From: Chiloscyllium plagiosum
Lineage: Eukaryota
Length of the DNA stretch: 64,000 nucleotides
NCBI RefSeq assembly: GCF_004010195.1
Contig: NC_057721.1
Location: 55,421,091 to 55,485,090 of the forward strand
Direction of reading: 5' to 3'
Below are positions 12,689 to 24,163 of this stretch, in pieces. Positions within the stretch are counted from its first letter, which is position 1; the number at the start of each line of letters is the position of its first letter. The notes beneath the pieces were generated by a model. That model worked only from the letters and a program-made list of their open reading frames with translations, searched no databases and had not been told where the DNA came from. Both the position numbers and the translations under genes were made by a program.

Positions 12689-13720
12689 CTACATCTTTCC
12701 TTGTTTTCTATAGCTTTTCTTACTTAAACTTCTTGTAAGAATTGGCGAGCGAATGATGCGATTAGCTTTCTGCATATTTGAAACTTTCTTCAAGTGCTTG
12801 AAAATGGAGTGAAAGCAGGTCATCGGTGCCAAGTGAGGTTTTTCAGTACCGGCGGAAACCTGCGCGCAGCCCATCCTCAGGGAGGGGACAGGCTTGTCCA
12901 GAGGTTTGGGACTCAGTAACCAATTACGGCAGTGCTTTTCAATCCAATCCCGACCAATTTGCCCAACGTTTTGGTGATCTGCATCATGAACGGAATTTAT
13001 GAAGGCCACAGCGTATACTTTACTCATGACATCTCGACGCTCATTCAGGAGATTAACAAATATCAACCCGCCATAGCCATGCGCTATGAAAGCTACACTA
13101 TTATCCGGACACTTTGATATAAACTGGTCCCAAATGTAGATGGTGTACGCTTCCACACTTTCAACACCCCCGATTAGTGTCTGTTCAAGCTTTAATTCTC
13201 TTTCATCGGAATCAGGTTGCTTTTTCTTTTCAGCGTCATCGTCTTGGTTAACAGCCATGAAGTCATTAGAATTTAACACGATTACTTCATACCGCTCACT
13301 CAAAGCTTTCTTAATAAAAGGGATTTGAGTGCCGGTGTCCAGGCAGTCATGTAGAATCAATTGCTGGGACCAGGTGCCAGCCCTCATCACTCCACGGTCT
13401 TGCATCAGAACAATCAATTTGGAAGGATTGCTCAAAGCCCGTTCACTCATGAAACAGAAACTTCTGCCGCCATTAACGGGAATATAGACTCGTTTCAGCC
13501 GACATTCTTTCTCCAAGAGTTCGTAGACATACTCGGCCAAAGTTGTTCCAAAGGCTTTGTACCATTGGTGGTTCCAGCTGGTTGCATAACTATGCTGTTT
13601 AAAGACAAATGGCTCGTTTGTTTCAGTATGCCTCAGCTGTCCTTTTTCATTGAAATAGTATTTGAACTTTTTCAATTTTTCAGTACTTTCTAATTGCTGA
13701 TGAATCGCTGGTTCTTCCAT
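12689..13720 (-). CDS. FAM172B: FAM172B/ARB2B-like Arb2-domain protein, CDS in one exon, 343 aa
   Basis: Uninterrupted ORF with FAM172 motifs YYFNEKGQLRH, EPFVF, GVMRAGTWSQQLI, GTQIPFIKKAL, YEVIVLN, FIAHGYGG, SAGT. First ATG at 13720; CTAG acceptor at 13740-13743; in-frame TGA at 13748-13750. The position beside SENP7 matches human FAM172BP (recalled). Confidence 0.88.
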   Translation of the reverse strand: MEEPAIHQQLESTEKLKKFKYYFNEKGQLRHTETNEPFVFKQHSYATSWNHQWYKAFGTTLAEYVYELLEKECRLKRVYIPVNGGRSFCFMSERALSNPSKLIVLMQDRGVMRAGTWSQQLILHDCLDTGTQIPFIKKALSERYEVIVLNSNDFMAVNQDDDAEKKKQPDSDERELKLEQTLIGGVESVEAYTIYIWDQFISKCPDNSVAFIAHGYGGLIFVNLLNERRDVMSKVYAVAFINSVHDADHQNVGQIGRDWIEKHCRNWLLSPKPLDKPVPSLRMGCAQVSAGTEKPHLAPMTCFHSIFKHLKKVSNMQKANRIIRSPILTRSLSKKSYRKQGKM

Positions 13721-15233
13721 TTTCTTAAACAAATTCAACCTAGTATTTCAAATTACCCAATAATTCAGTAGATAGTCTACATTAAACAAAATATACTGTT
13801 AATTTCTGCATTTCTACAATACGGATCAGTTTCGGGGTGATATATACCGTGGTCCATTTGCTTATATCATTAGTTTAGCAATTGTTTAATTAGTTACTGA
13901 AAATGTGACGGTTTTAAAGTTCTTCAATAACTAATAAGTGAAAGTGTGTTTGAGTTTAGATAAGTCACCAATTAAGTTTTTACTTAAATGAATATATTAA
14001 CTTGTCCTCCTTTCAAAGATTTCAGACTCAGGTGTTGCCATTTATTCAATTCTTCAGGAGCAAATTAAATGCAAAATTAAGGACATTTTGATCTAACACT
14101 CATTAATGCTACTAAAACAATTAGTCAAATAATAAATTCAGCTGAACTTAAATAGATTTTTTTTAACTTAAATTTATATTAATACGCAGTAGACAGACAT
14201 TGATGGTGCAGTGATAGTGTCCTTACTCCCAGATTAAAATATGTAGGTTCAAATCTTGTATGCCTCCAAGTTTGTAGGTTGCTTTTTTTTAAAAAACAAA
14301 ACTGAGTACTTACTTGCTCCCCTCTTTTTCTACTGTTTCTACTAATTTCTATCTGAAATTCATTTTGTATTGAAATTTGAGTGTAAAATGTAATGTAATT
14401 CATCAAAATTAGTTGCATGTAATAACTAGTCCATTATAACTATTAACATTTTTGTCAATCACATTACCCTTTTAGATGTCTAAAGCAATGGGGTTATTAG
14501 AGTTGCTTTTGCCCAACTAAAAGAAGAAAATCCCCAAGCCTTGGGTGGCCCACATCTTTAACTGAATTCCTGGGCAATGGGAGCTGTGTGAACTTTGTCA
14601 GATTGTTGAACTCATTTAAAAAATGATTCCTTACCACTGCACAGCTTGTTGTGTGAGCAATCTGGTAGATTTACTATCCACTTTTCTGGTCACGATCAAC
14701 AGACTCTGCTTGGTCTAATACAGCAGAAGAAAATTGCTTTCTAGTCTAACAAGAAGAGATCATTATCTTAAACAAGATATTTATCTTATGGTTATTAATT
14801 GCATATTACACTGATGTAATATCCATTGTTACAGGGACAATGAGGAAGATAAAGATGGCAATTATTCCTCTTCCAAGATCTGAAGATCATCTATCTGTAT
14901 GACATTGTACTAACAATGAAATAGGAGCGGAAGTAGACCATTTGGCCTCTATAGTTTGCTGTGATTCAATAAGATCATTGATGACCTGTTTGAGTTTTGA
15001 ATTCAGAATTTTGAATGGGGAGAATATTCTGGGAATTTGACCAAGTGACAGTGAAGAAATGGTGACTTATTTCCAAATCAAGATGAGGAGTGTCTTGGGT
15101 TACTTGCAGATATCATGTTCCCAAATCTGCTGTCCTTATCCTTCTAGATGGTAGTGGTTATGAATTTGGAAGGTGGTGTTTAACAAGCATTCCTGAATTT
15201 CTGCAGTGTATCTTATTGGTATATTGTTCTAAT

Positions 15234-15372
15234 AGATGAAAGTGAGGACTGCAGATGCTGGAGATTAGAGTCGAGAGTGTAGTATTGGAAAAGCACAGCA
15301 GGTTAGGCAGCATCTGAGGAGCAGCAAAGTTGATGTTTCAAACAAAAGCTCTTTATCAGGAAGCCTTTCATC
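15234..15372 (-). mobile_element. PLE pLTR fragment with 13-bp TSD
   Basis: aagtgaggactgcagatgctggag terminus; flanks atattgttctaat (15221-15233) / atattgtcctaat (15373-15385). Confidence 0.75.
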
Positions 15373-15616
15373 ATATTGTCCTAATCCTGAGTGTCAGTGG
15401 TGGAGGGAGTGAACGTTTGTGGATGTGATGCCAATCAAGTTTTGTTCTGGAGAGTTTTAAATTAAGGAATGTATTTTTAAAAAAAGCTATCAGACTCTAT
15501 GGTTGAATGGTGTGATTATCCTATGAAGAGAGATTGGGCAAACTGGGCTGGTATTCTCTTAAGTTTCAAAGAATGATGGGGATCTTACTGAAATCCACAA
15601 AATACTTAAAAGATGT

Positions 15617-16187
15617 TGCGACTGTATGGAAATTAGTTAGGCCACTTTGGAATACTGCATTCAATTTTGGTCATCCCTGCTACAGTAAGGATGTTGTGAA
15701 ACTTGAAAGGTTTCAGAAAAGATTTGAAAGGATGTTGCCAGGGTTGGAGGGTTTGGGTCGTAGAGAAAAGCTGAATAGACTGGGACCATTTTCTCTGGAG
15801 CGTCGGAGGCTGAGGGGTGACCTTTATGAAGGTTTGTAAAATCATGAAGGGCATGGATATCGTAAATAGTCAAGGTCTTTCCCCTGGGGTGGGGGAGTCC
15901 AAAACTAGAGGGCTAGGTTTAAAGTGAGAGGGGAAAGATTTAAAAGATATCTAAGAGGTTTTCATGTAGAGAGTGGTGCATGTATGGCATGAGCTGCCAA
16001 AGGAAATGGTAGAGGCTGGTACAATTACAACATTTAAAAAGCATCTAGATGGATATGTTACAGGAAGGGTTTCGAGGATATGGGCCAAATGCTGGCAAAT
16101 GGGATGATTTATTTAGGATATCTAGTCAGCATGTACAAGCTGGACCAAAGGGTCTGTTTTCATGTTGTAAATCTCTATGACTCTATG
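15617..16187 (+). mobile_element. CR1 LINE 3' fragment inserted in an older CR1-like remnant (~15520-16480)
   Basis: KDVVKLERFQKRF...; ends ctctatgactctatga. Confidence 0.85.
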
Positions 16188-16489
16188 AATATATAAGGTA
16201 GGTGCAGGTAAGGTTTTTTCCTGGTGCTGAGTTTTGAACGAGGGTGCACCATTTAAAAATAAGGGGAATGTCATTTAGGACTGAGGTGAGAAGTTATTTT
16301 ACTCAAAGTGAGGTGAATCTTTGGAATTTTCTATCACAACACTATGGTGGTTCAATCTTTGAGTATATTTAAAGTAGAAGTTGCTTTATGTTTATCAATG
16401 GTATGAAAGGTTATACGGACAGGTGTGGCTAAAAGGCAATGGTTGGTTCAATCAGCTGTGATTGTATTACATAGTGAACAAGCTTGATC

Positions 16490-16805
16490 ATAGAATCCCT
16501 ACCCTGGAAAGAGGCCATTTGGTCGATGAGTCTGCACTGACCCTCCAAACCACCCTATCCCCCTAACTCTGTATCTCCCATGGCTAATCCATCTCGTCTT
16601 CACATTCCCAGACAGTACGGGTAATTTACCATGGCGAATCCACCTAAAGTGAACATCTTTGGGCTGTGGGGGGAAACCAGAGTACCCGTTGGAAACCCAT
16701 GTAGACACTGGGAAAATGTACAAACTTGACATAGACAGTTGCCCAAAGCTGGATCTGAATCCTGGTGTTTTGAAGCAGCAGTGTGAACCACTGAGCCACC
16801 ATGCC
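16490..16805 (-). mobile_element. tRNA-derived SINE (HE1-like)
   Basis: Minus strand begins ggcatggtggctcagtggtt (A box); body matches 36808-37100 and 59035-59362; CR1-like tail. Confidence 0.75.
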
Positions 16806-16859
16806 TCTCTGAACTCCCTGATGGGCTGATGGCCTACCCATTCCTATCTTACTTGCAGT

Positions 16860-18450
16860 ATGTTTCCTAGCCCTGGCCTCCAACCTGTTCTTATTGCCAC
16901 AGTATGTATATGGTTAGTTCAAGTCAATGGTAGCTCCAAAGATATTGATAGTAGGAGATTCAGTGATAATAATGCTATTGAATGTCAAGGGGTAGTGGTT
17001 AGACTACCTGTAATTGAAGATGGTCATTGCCTAGCATTTGTGGACACAAATATTACTTGTCAGCCCTAACTTGGCTATTGTCCAGACCTTGCTGCATTTG
17101 GATGGCTTCAGTATTTGAGGAGTGATGAATGATGCTAAACGTGCAATCATTAGTGAACATCCCCAATTCTAATTTCTTAGAAGGAAGGTAATTGAAGCAG
17201 CTGAAGATGGTGGGCCTAGGAGACTATTCTAAGGAATTCTTGCAGAAATGACCTGGAGCTGAGAGATTGATCTCTAACAACCACAAGCATCTTTCTTTAT
17301 GCTAGGTATGACTCCAGCCAGCAAATAATTTTTCCCCGATTCCTATTGACTCTAATTTTGCTGGGGTTCCTTGATGCCACATTCAGACAAATGTGTCCCT
17401 AGTGTCAAGGGCAGTCACTGTCACATCACTTCTGAAATTCAGCACTTTTCTACATGTTTGATCCAAGATTGTAATGAGGTCAGGAGCTTACTGACCCTGG
17501 CAGAATTCAATGTGAAGTAAATGCTTCTGATGATGCCCTTGATGACACCTTCTATCGCTTTACTCATTATTGAATAGACTGAAGGGGTGATAACTGACTG
17601 AGTCGGATTTGTCCTATGTTTTTTGTACAGTACATAACTAGGACAGTTCGCATTTTTGGGTATGTGCCAGTATTGGCTATGGGCATGACTAGTTCTGGAG
17701 CTCACATCTTCAGTACGATTGCCAGAACGTTGACAGGACTTATTGCCTTTGCAGTATGAGTGCCTAGAACCATTTCTTGATATCACTTGGAATAAATTGA
17801 GTTGCCTGAAGACTGGCATCTTTTAAATGAGGCCAAGTTCAATTATCCACTTGGCATTTCTGGCTGAAGATTGCTGTAGCTGTGTCTTTTGTACCGATGT
17901 ACTGGGCTCCGCATCATCGAGGATAGGGATACTTGTGCACTCCCCTCCACAGAGTCCACCACCATTCAGAACTGGATGTGGCAGGATTTAAGAGGTTAAA
18001 TCTGCTCTGTTTGGTTGTAGAACTGCTTATCACTTGTTACCTATAATGTTTGGAGGTATTCCTGTTTTGTAGCTTCACCAGGTGTATATCTAATTTTTTG
18101 GTATGTCTAATGTTCCTCTTGGTATGTCTTCTGCACACTTCATTGGACCAGACTTGATGGTAATGGTAGAGTTGAAGATGTGCTGGGCCGTGAAGTTGCT
18201 GTTTGTGTCAGTACAACTCGGCTGCTGTTGGCTCACGGTTCCTCACGGATGCCAATCCTGTGTTGCTTGATCTGTTTTGAAGTTCATTTATCAGTGGTAC
18301 TACCACACATGATAGGGGGCATCCTCATTGTGAAGACGGGACTATCTGTGGTAATTAAATTGGTGAGAATGAAGTCAAATATGATTTTTCTCTTTTGCTG
18401 ACTCCTTCACCACCTCCTGCCAAACCCATTCGAGCAGCCAAGTTCTTTTG
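16860..18450 (-). mobile_element. Old, heavily decayed non-LTR retrotransposon (RT region)
   Basis: Frameshifted remnants resembling LKMxAPEL...CPxYxxKHRTNP...SIMSKAIEGVI around 17540-17720. Confidence 0.6.
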
Positions 18451-18649
18451 GACCATTACCTCCCTCTTTTGATTTTATCAAGAGTAGCATATCAGTAGAT
18501 TACATGTGATTTAGCTAGTGCTAACCACACAAACGTTCATGGAATACAGACGTTAGTCTGTGATACTTATGTAAAAGAGAAGCATAACGGATACATGTAA
18601 TTTTTAATAACGTAGTTATTTTATTTAAAAAGAGGGACTGCAGTAAAAC

Positions 18650-19220
18650 TACAGGCAATGGCATGTTTCTGTCCGGACTGCATACTGTTTCCCCTTCATC
18701 GTGAAGGCGGAGAGAAACTTTTTTTCCCCAACATTTTTGTCCGCCAACTTGGAGGGACTTATTTTTTTGGGGGGAAGCCTTAATCTTTGCTCCTCCCCTT
18801 CCGGCGTGATGAAGATTCCTTCCTTCCTGAGAGAGAGCGACAGAGTGAGTGAGTGACGGGAGAGGTTGATTGTTGGTCTTTTTGGCGTTGCTTCATTTTC
18901 AGTGACGGAGGGCTGGCTGGGGGGCCGCACGGCCTAGGCCTTGCTCTGGGCCTGACTGTAGGCCGCGGGCCGGTTGTAGTCAGGTCGGTCCTGACCTGTC
19001 CTGGGGCCTGCTCTCTCTCTCTCTCTCTGTGTGTCTGTGTACCCGCGGCCTGTGGATGTTTGCTCTGACCGTTACCGAGTTTCCTGCCCGATGACGGATT
19101 GAAAGCAGTGAGCCCGCTCTGTTTGTGCTTTCGTTTTCTTCCTCTTGCTTTTTTAATTTTCGCCTCATAATTCCCCCGTCTAGATCCCAGCCGCTTGCTC
19201 TTCAGGTGAGTGCGGATCTC
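18650..19220. promoter_or_regulatory. CpG island / SENP7 promoter and first exon; probably bidirectional with FAM172B
   Basis: Locally high GC and CpG in an AT-rich background; strong donor CAG|GTGAGT at 19205/19206. Confidence 0.75.
18830..19205 (+). other. SENP7: SENP7 non-coding exon 1 (5' boundary uncertain)
   Basis: Ends at consensus donor CAG|GTGAGT inside the CpG island. Confidence 0.6.
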
Positions 19221-19569
19221 CTTGTTGTTGAATTTTTTTGGATCAAGTTCAGGTGTTGTTGCTAGTTGACTGTCAACTGTATTTTGTTTTTGGTTTATTT
19301 TCTTGTTATGCGAATGTAAATCTTTCATGGGGTTGGGGGGGGGGGGGGATGTTAAGCATCCGTTTCTGCAAATCCATAAAATATAACCTACTCAATCTTT
19401 AGTAACACGTAAACCTCCGATTTCTGCAATTTTATCAAATACAATCAGCTCTTCATCCTTAACGCTTAAACCTCTGATTTTCATTCACTCACTCGTAAAT
19501 CAGCATTACCTTGTTGGAAAAAAAGATGCGAAGTTTTTTTTGAATTAGGAAATTCACACTTGTCTTTTG

Positions 19570-20025
19570 TTTACCAAGATGTTGCTGGGTATGGCAGGTT
19601 TGAACTATAAAGAAAGGCTGGATAGGCTGAGGCTTTTTTTCACTGGAGCATAGGAGGTTGAGCAGTGACCTGATAGACGTTTATAAAGCAACCAGACATA
19701 TAGATAGTTGATGGTAATTGTCTCTAAGATGGGGAATTTCAAGACGAAGCGGCACATTTTTAAGGTGACAAGAAAGAGATTTTAAAAAATACGTCACAGG
19801 CAATTTTTTTTAACGCAGAGGGTGGTTTGTGTGTGGAATGAACATCCTGAGGAAGTGGTGGATGTGAGTACAATTACAGCGTTTAAAAGACATTTGGATG
19901 GATACATGATAGGAAAAATTTGGGACGATATGGGCCAGGAGCAGGCAGGTGGGACTAGTTTAGTTTAGGATTGTGCTTGACATGGACTGGTTGGAGTGAA
20001 AGATTTGTTTCTGTGTTGTATGACT
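19570..20025 (+). mobile_element. CR1 LINE 3' fragment
   Basis: ttaccaagatgttgc...gggactagtttagt matches other CR1 3' ends. Confidence 0.8.
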
Positions 20026-20239
20026 GATTTTGTTTAGTATTGTGTATATAAACAAATTCTCTGGAAATGACTATTGTTTGGTGTTGATGCTGCGCTAACT
20101 TAAGAACTTTGTTCAGGTTTTCCACAGATTAAAATGACTGACATCTAGCACTAATTTTGATCTTAAAAAAAACTGTAGTCCCTCTGTAGTACTGCTCACT
20201 GTGAGTCAAGATGTTTTTCGGATTAGTTTCTCCTGATCT

Positions 20240-21745
20240 ACGAATACATTAAGGCCAAAGGGGTAACTAAGGAAAGATAAAGATTGGCAAGGCTGTTTAT
20301 GTATGGAACCATAGGAGATGGGGGAGATACTAATGAGTATTTTGCAACAGTGTTTACTGTGGAGAAGGATATGGAAGATAGAAAATGGGAAATAAATAGT
20401 GACAACTTGAAAAATATCCATATTACGAAGGGGAGATGCTGGATGTCATAAAATACATAAAGGTCGCTAAGTCCCCAGGATATGATCAGGTGTACCCTAG
20501 AACTCTGGGAAGTGATTGCTGGTCCCCTTGCTGAGATATTTGAATCATCGATAGCCACAGGTGAGGCAAGGACTGGTTAGGGCTAGTCAACATGGCTTTG
20601 TGCATGGGAAATCATGTCTCACAAACTTGGTTGAGTTTTTTGAAGAAGTAACAAAGAGGATTGATGAAGGCAGAATGGTGGACATGATCTATATGGACTT
20701 CAGCAAGCTGTTTGACAAGATTCCCCATGGGAGACTGGTTAACAAGGTTAGATCTCATGGAATACAGGAAGAGCTAGCCATTTGGATACAAAACTGGTTC
20801 AAATGTAAAAGACAAAGGATGGTGGTGGGTTGTTTTTCGGACTGGAGGCCTGTGACCAGTGGAATGCCACAAGGATCGGTGCTGAGTCCACTACTTTTCA
20901 TTGTTTATATAAATGATTTGGATGTGAGCAGAAGAGGTATAGTTAGTAAGTTTGCAAATTAGACCAAAATTGGAAGTGCAATGGACAGCGAAGAATGTTA
21001 CCTTAGATTACAACAGGATCTTGATTAGATGGGCCAATGGGCTGAGAAGTGGCAGATGGAGTTTAATTCAGATAAATGCGAGGTGCTGCATTTTGGGAAA
21101 GCAAATCTTAGCAGGACTTATACACTTAATGTCAGAGTATTGAGTACAGGAGTTGGGAGGTCATGTTGCGGCTGCACAGGACATTGGTTAGGCCACTATT
21201 GGAATAGTGTGTGCAATACTGGTCTCTTTCCTATTGGAAAGATGTTGTAAAACTTGAAAGGGTTCAGAAAAGATTTACAAGGATGTTGCCAGTGTTGGAG
21301 GATTTGAGCTTTAGGGAGAGGCTGAATAGATTGGGGCTATTTTCCCTGGAGCTTCCTGAGGCTGAGGAGTGACCTCCTAGACCTTTGTAAAATCATGAGG
21401 GGCATGGATAGGGTGAATAGACAAGGTATTTTTCCCTGGGGTGGGATAGTCCAAAATTAGAGCGTATAAGTTTATGATGATTTGAGATGTGGAAGGGATC
21501 TAAGGGGCAACTTTTTGATGCTGAGCATGTTGCATGTGTGGATTGAGCTGCCAGAGGAAGTGGTGGAGGCTGGTACAATTACAACATTTAAAAGGCAAGT
21601 GGACTGGTATTTGAATAAGAAGGGTTTAGAGAGATGTGGGCCAAATGCTGGCAAATGTGACTAGAATTTTTTCGGCTATCTGGTCAGCATGGGCGAATTG
21701 GACCACAGTGTCTATTTCCGTGCTGTATATCCCCATGACTCTATG
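20240..21745 (+). mobile_element. CR1 LINE with internal deletions
   Basis: SQHGFVHGKSCLTNLVEFFEEVT...YMDFSKLFDKIPH...SGMPQGSVL...SKFAN; tail atgactctatga. Confidence 0.92.
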
Positions 21746-23937
21746 ATCAATATGAAACTGAATTTGGGTTGAAAAAGGCATACGAATAAAATCTGTTAAT
21801 ATTTTGCTTGTGGTTAAAAACAAACTGGTTTTATAGGAGGAGTGATCAGAAATATAAAACCCCGAACATGCTATTATAGAAGTAAAATATTGCAGGTGCT
21901 GGAAGCCTGAAATGAAAATACATAACAGAAATTGTGCAGAGTAAGTGGGCGCGAATTTGGTGGTAGCAAGGTGGCTTTCAGCAGCCTTTGTCCCAACCTG
22001 ACACACAATTCCTTGAGAGGCATCTCTGGACTGGATAGCATTTGAGAGGCTTCAGAGAACCATGCAGCTTCAGTTTAATCCCTCAGCTGCCAGTCTGTTT
22101 TCGGAGCAAAGTCGATGACTGATCAAATTTGTTTCATTTTTGGGGTTTCTTGTTGATCGATTTAATATTCAGAATATATCATGGCCAGGTATCGTACCAG
22201 ATCAACTCCTTGGAAGGCACTGTACCACTATTGCTTAGCATCCTCTGCCACCAGTAAATTGTGTTGATAATTGGTGTCATATTGCTTATTACTGAAACTA
22301 ATTGACAATTCTGCAAGCAGATGAGATTCCTGCGTTAAGCCCTTACCGCCTCCAGTTAACTGGGAGCGGTTTCTTTATTTGCCAGCAACCTGATGTGGAT
22401 ACTCCTGCCTACTTCTCTTGGATCTCCATTATTGTGTCCACTCTTGTGTCAATTTTTTGTGTTAACTATGTTTCTCTTCAAATATTGCACTTTGCAATTT
22501 GAGTTGTATTCCGTTCACCCATCTAAATGTTAAACAATTTGATTAAAAAAAATTATCTGCATGTCCTCCTATTATTACAAATCAAAATGTTGTGCTAGAT
22601 TTAGTGCAATTTTGGAAGAACAAAGTATAAAAATGTTCTGTTGTGTTTTTAATCAATCTTTATTGTTTGCTAAAAACCCATTGATTGATTGTTTTGCAGT
22701 TTGTACTGAATATGGTAACACAAAATTCATAAACATTATTTTAAGTCCCCACAGTAAATACAACAGTCCACGAAAATTAAACTTATGATATGAAACAGTT
22801 CTTTGTTTTGTTTTGCATGTACAACTTGATAGTGTTTTTTTTTGTTAAGCATGACCTTTGTGTTTTCAGTAACATTCCTTTAAAGTTAATGAGTTGAATA
22901 ACAGATCACCAGACTTCAAAATACATTTGTGGTAGCTGTTGAAATAGTCCTTGATTCTCAATATTTACAGTTTTTGTGTAAAGAATTATGAAAGGCAGTA
23001 TTTGATATATCACTAAACTTTCACACTTAAAGTACATTTTCCATATAAGTGCTTCAGTGCATATTTCAGAATAAATCCATCTTTCACTGTTATTGATGGC
23101 CACAGATTGCGACCCTTATATTTGCACCAACTATTTGGGCATTCTTATTTTGGGAGGAAAAACCTTCACTTAATACTTGGTGGATATATAAGGTTATGCT
23201 AAAGTTTTTTAGTTTTTCCTCTCTTTTGAACCACATGCCATTTTCCAACAGGGTGAATCTGTCAAACTCAATGTGGGCTTGTGGGAAAAGCTGTTAAAAT
23301 ACTGAGAGAACTTGGGTAGCTTACTCTGAAAGGTTTTTACACACTTTACAATCTGAGAAATAATGCCTAATTTGGTGTTAGGAGAGTTTCTGGAAACCAT
23401 TGGCACGAAGGATGATTTTTCTTCAAACACTAATTGTTTTGATATTGCAGTAAAACAACAAGCATCTATCGAAGTATAACTTAAAACATTATTGGAAATA
23501 GTTTGCAGCATCTGTGGAGAGAGATAAATTGAATTAACAGATTAATCACCTTTCTCCATTTAATTTGCTCATTAAAGGTGTTTTTCCAAATCATGGAATT
23601 TCTTGCTGTTTTCCATACATGTTCAGCATTGTGAAAGAGATTGCATTATAATTCTTAAATGATTGCTTTTATATTTTTGCATAAAGAGATTTATAGCTTC
23701 TATTCATCATTCTCTACGTAAGATGTTAGTGACAAATCACTTCACTTTAATATCCATATTGTACACCTGTCCTGCAGCTGGGTGTACAACTTTATGCTGA
23801 GACCTTAAATTTCTCAGATTTGGCAATTCATTTATTTTTAAATTTAGCAGATGATTTACAATCTTCATTTTGTTTGATTTGGACTGAAGCTCAGATTTTG
23901 TTTTTGCACGCATAGTTAAGAAAAAAAGAGCTGTTTT

Positions 23938-24163
23938 TGTAGTGATTGTAACCGTGATCCACGTGAACCTAACAGAATGAGTTCCCTACTTGGGGCTGTT
24001 AGCCTGGTCCAATCAGGGAGCCCTGGCTGACAGATCTAAACAGGAGTGAGGTTCTGCTCACTGAGAGCTTACTCTGGGCAAGCCAGACCAGTTTCAGATG
24101 CTATGCGCATGTAAATTCAGGGTGACTTGGAGATGTGATACCAGCCTCCATGAAGTTATTTCA
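23938..24163 (+). repeat. Gypsy 5' LTR
   Basis: TG...CA ends (TGTAGTGATTGTAAC...TTATTTCA); shares ccaatcagggagccctggctgacaga and aagccagaccagt with the 3' LTR. Confidence 0.8.

Noticed and set aside
13721-13738. TTG-started N-terminal extension of FAM172B
   Set aside because: Non-ATG start; first ATG is at 13720.
18649-19328. Several ORFs over the CpG island, including a 182-aa one
   Set aside because: Low-complexity, GC-driven frames with no recognisable domain, overlapping the promoter and exon 1.
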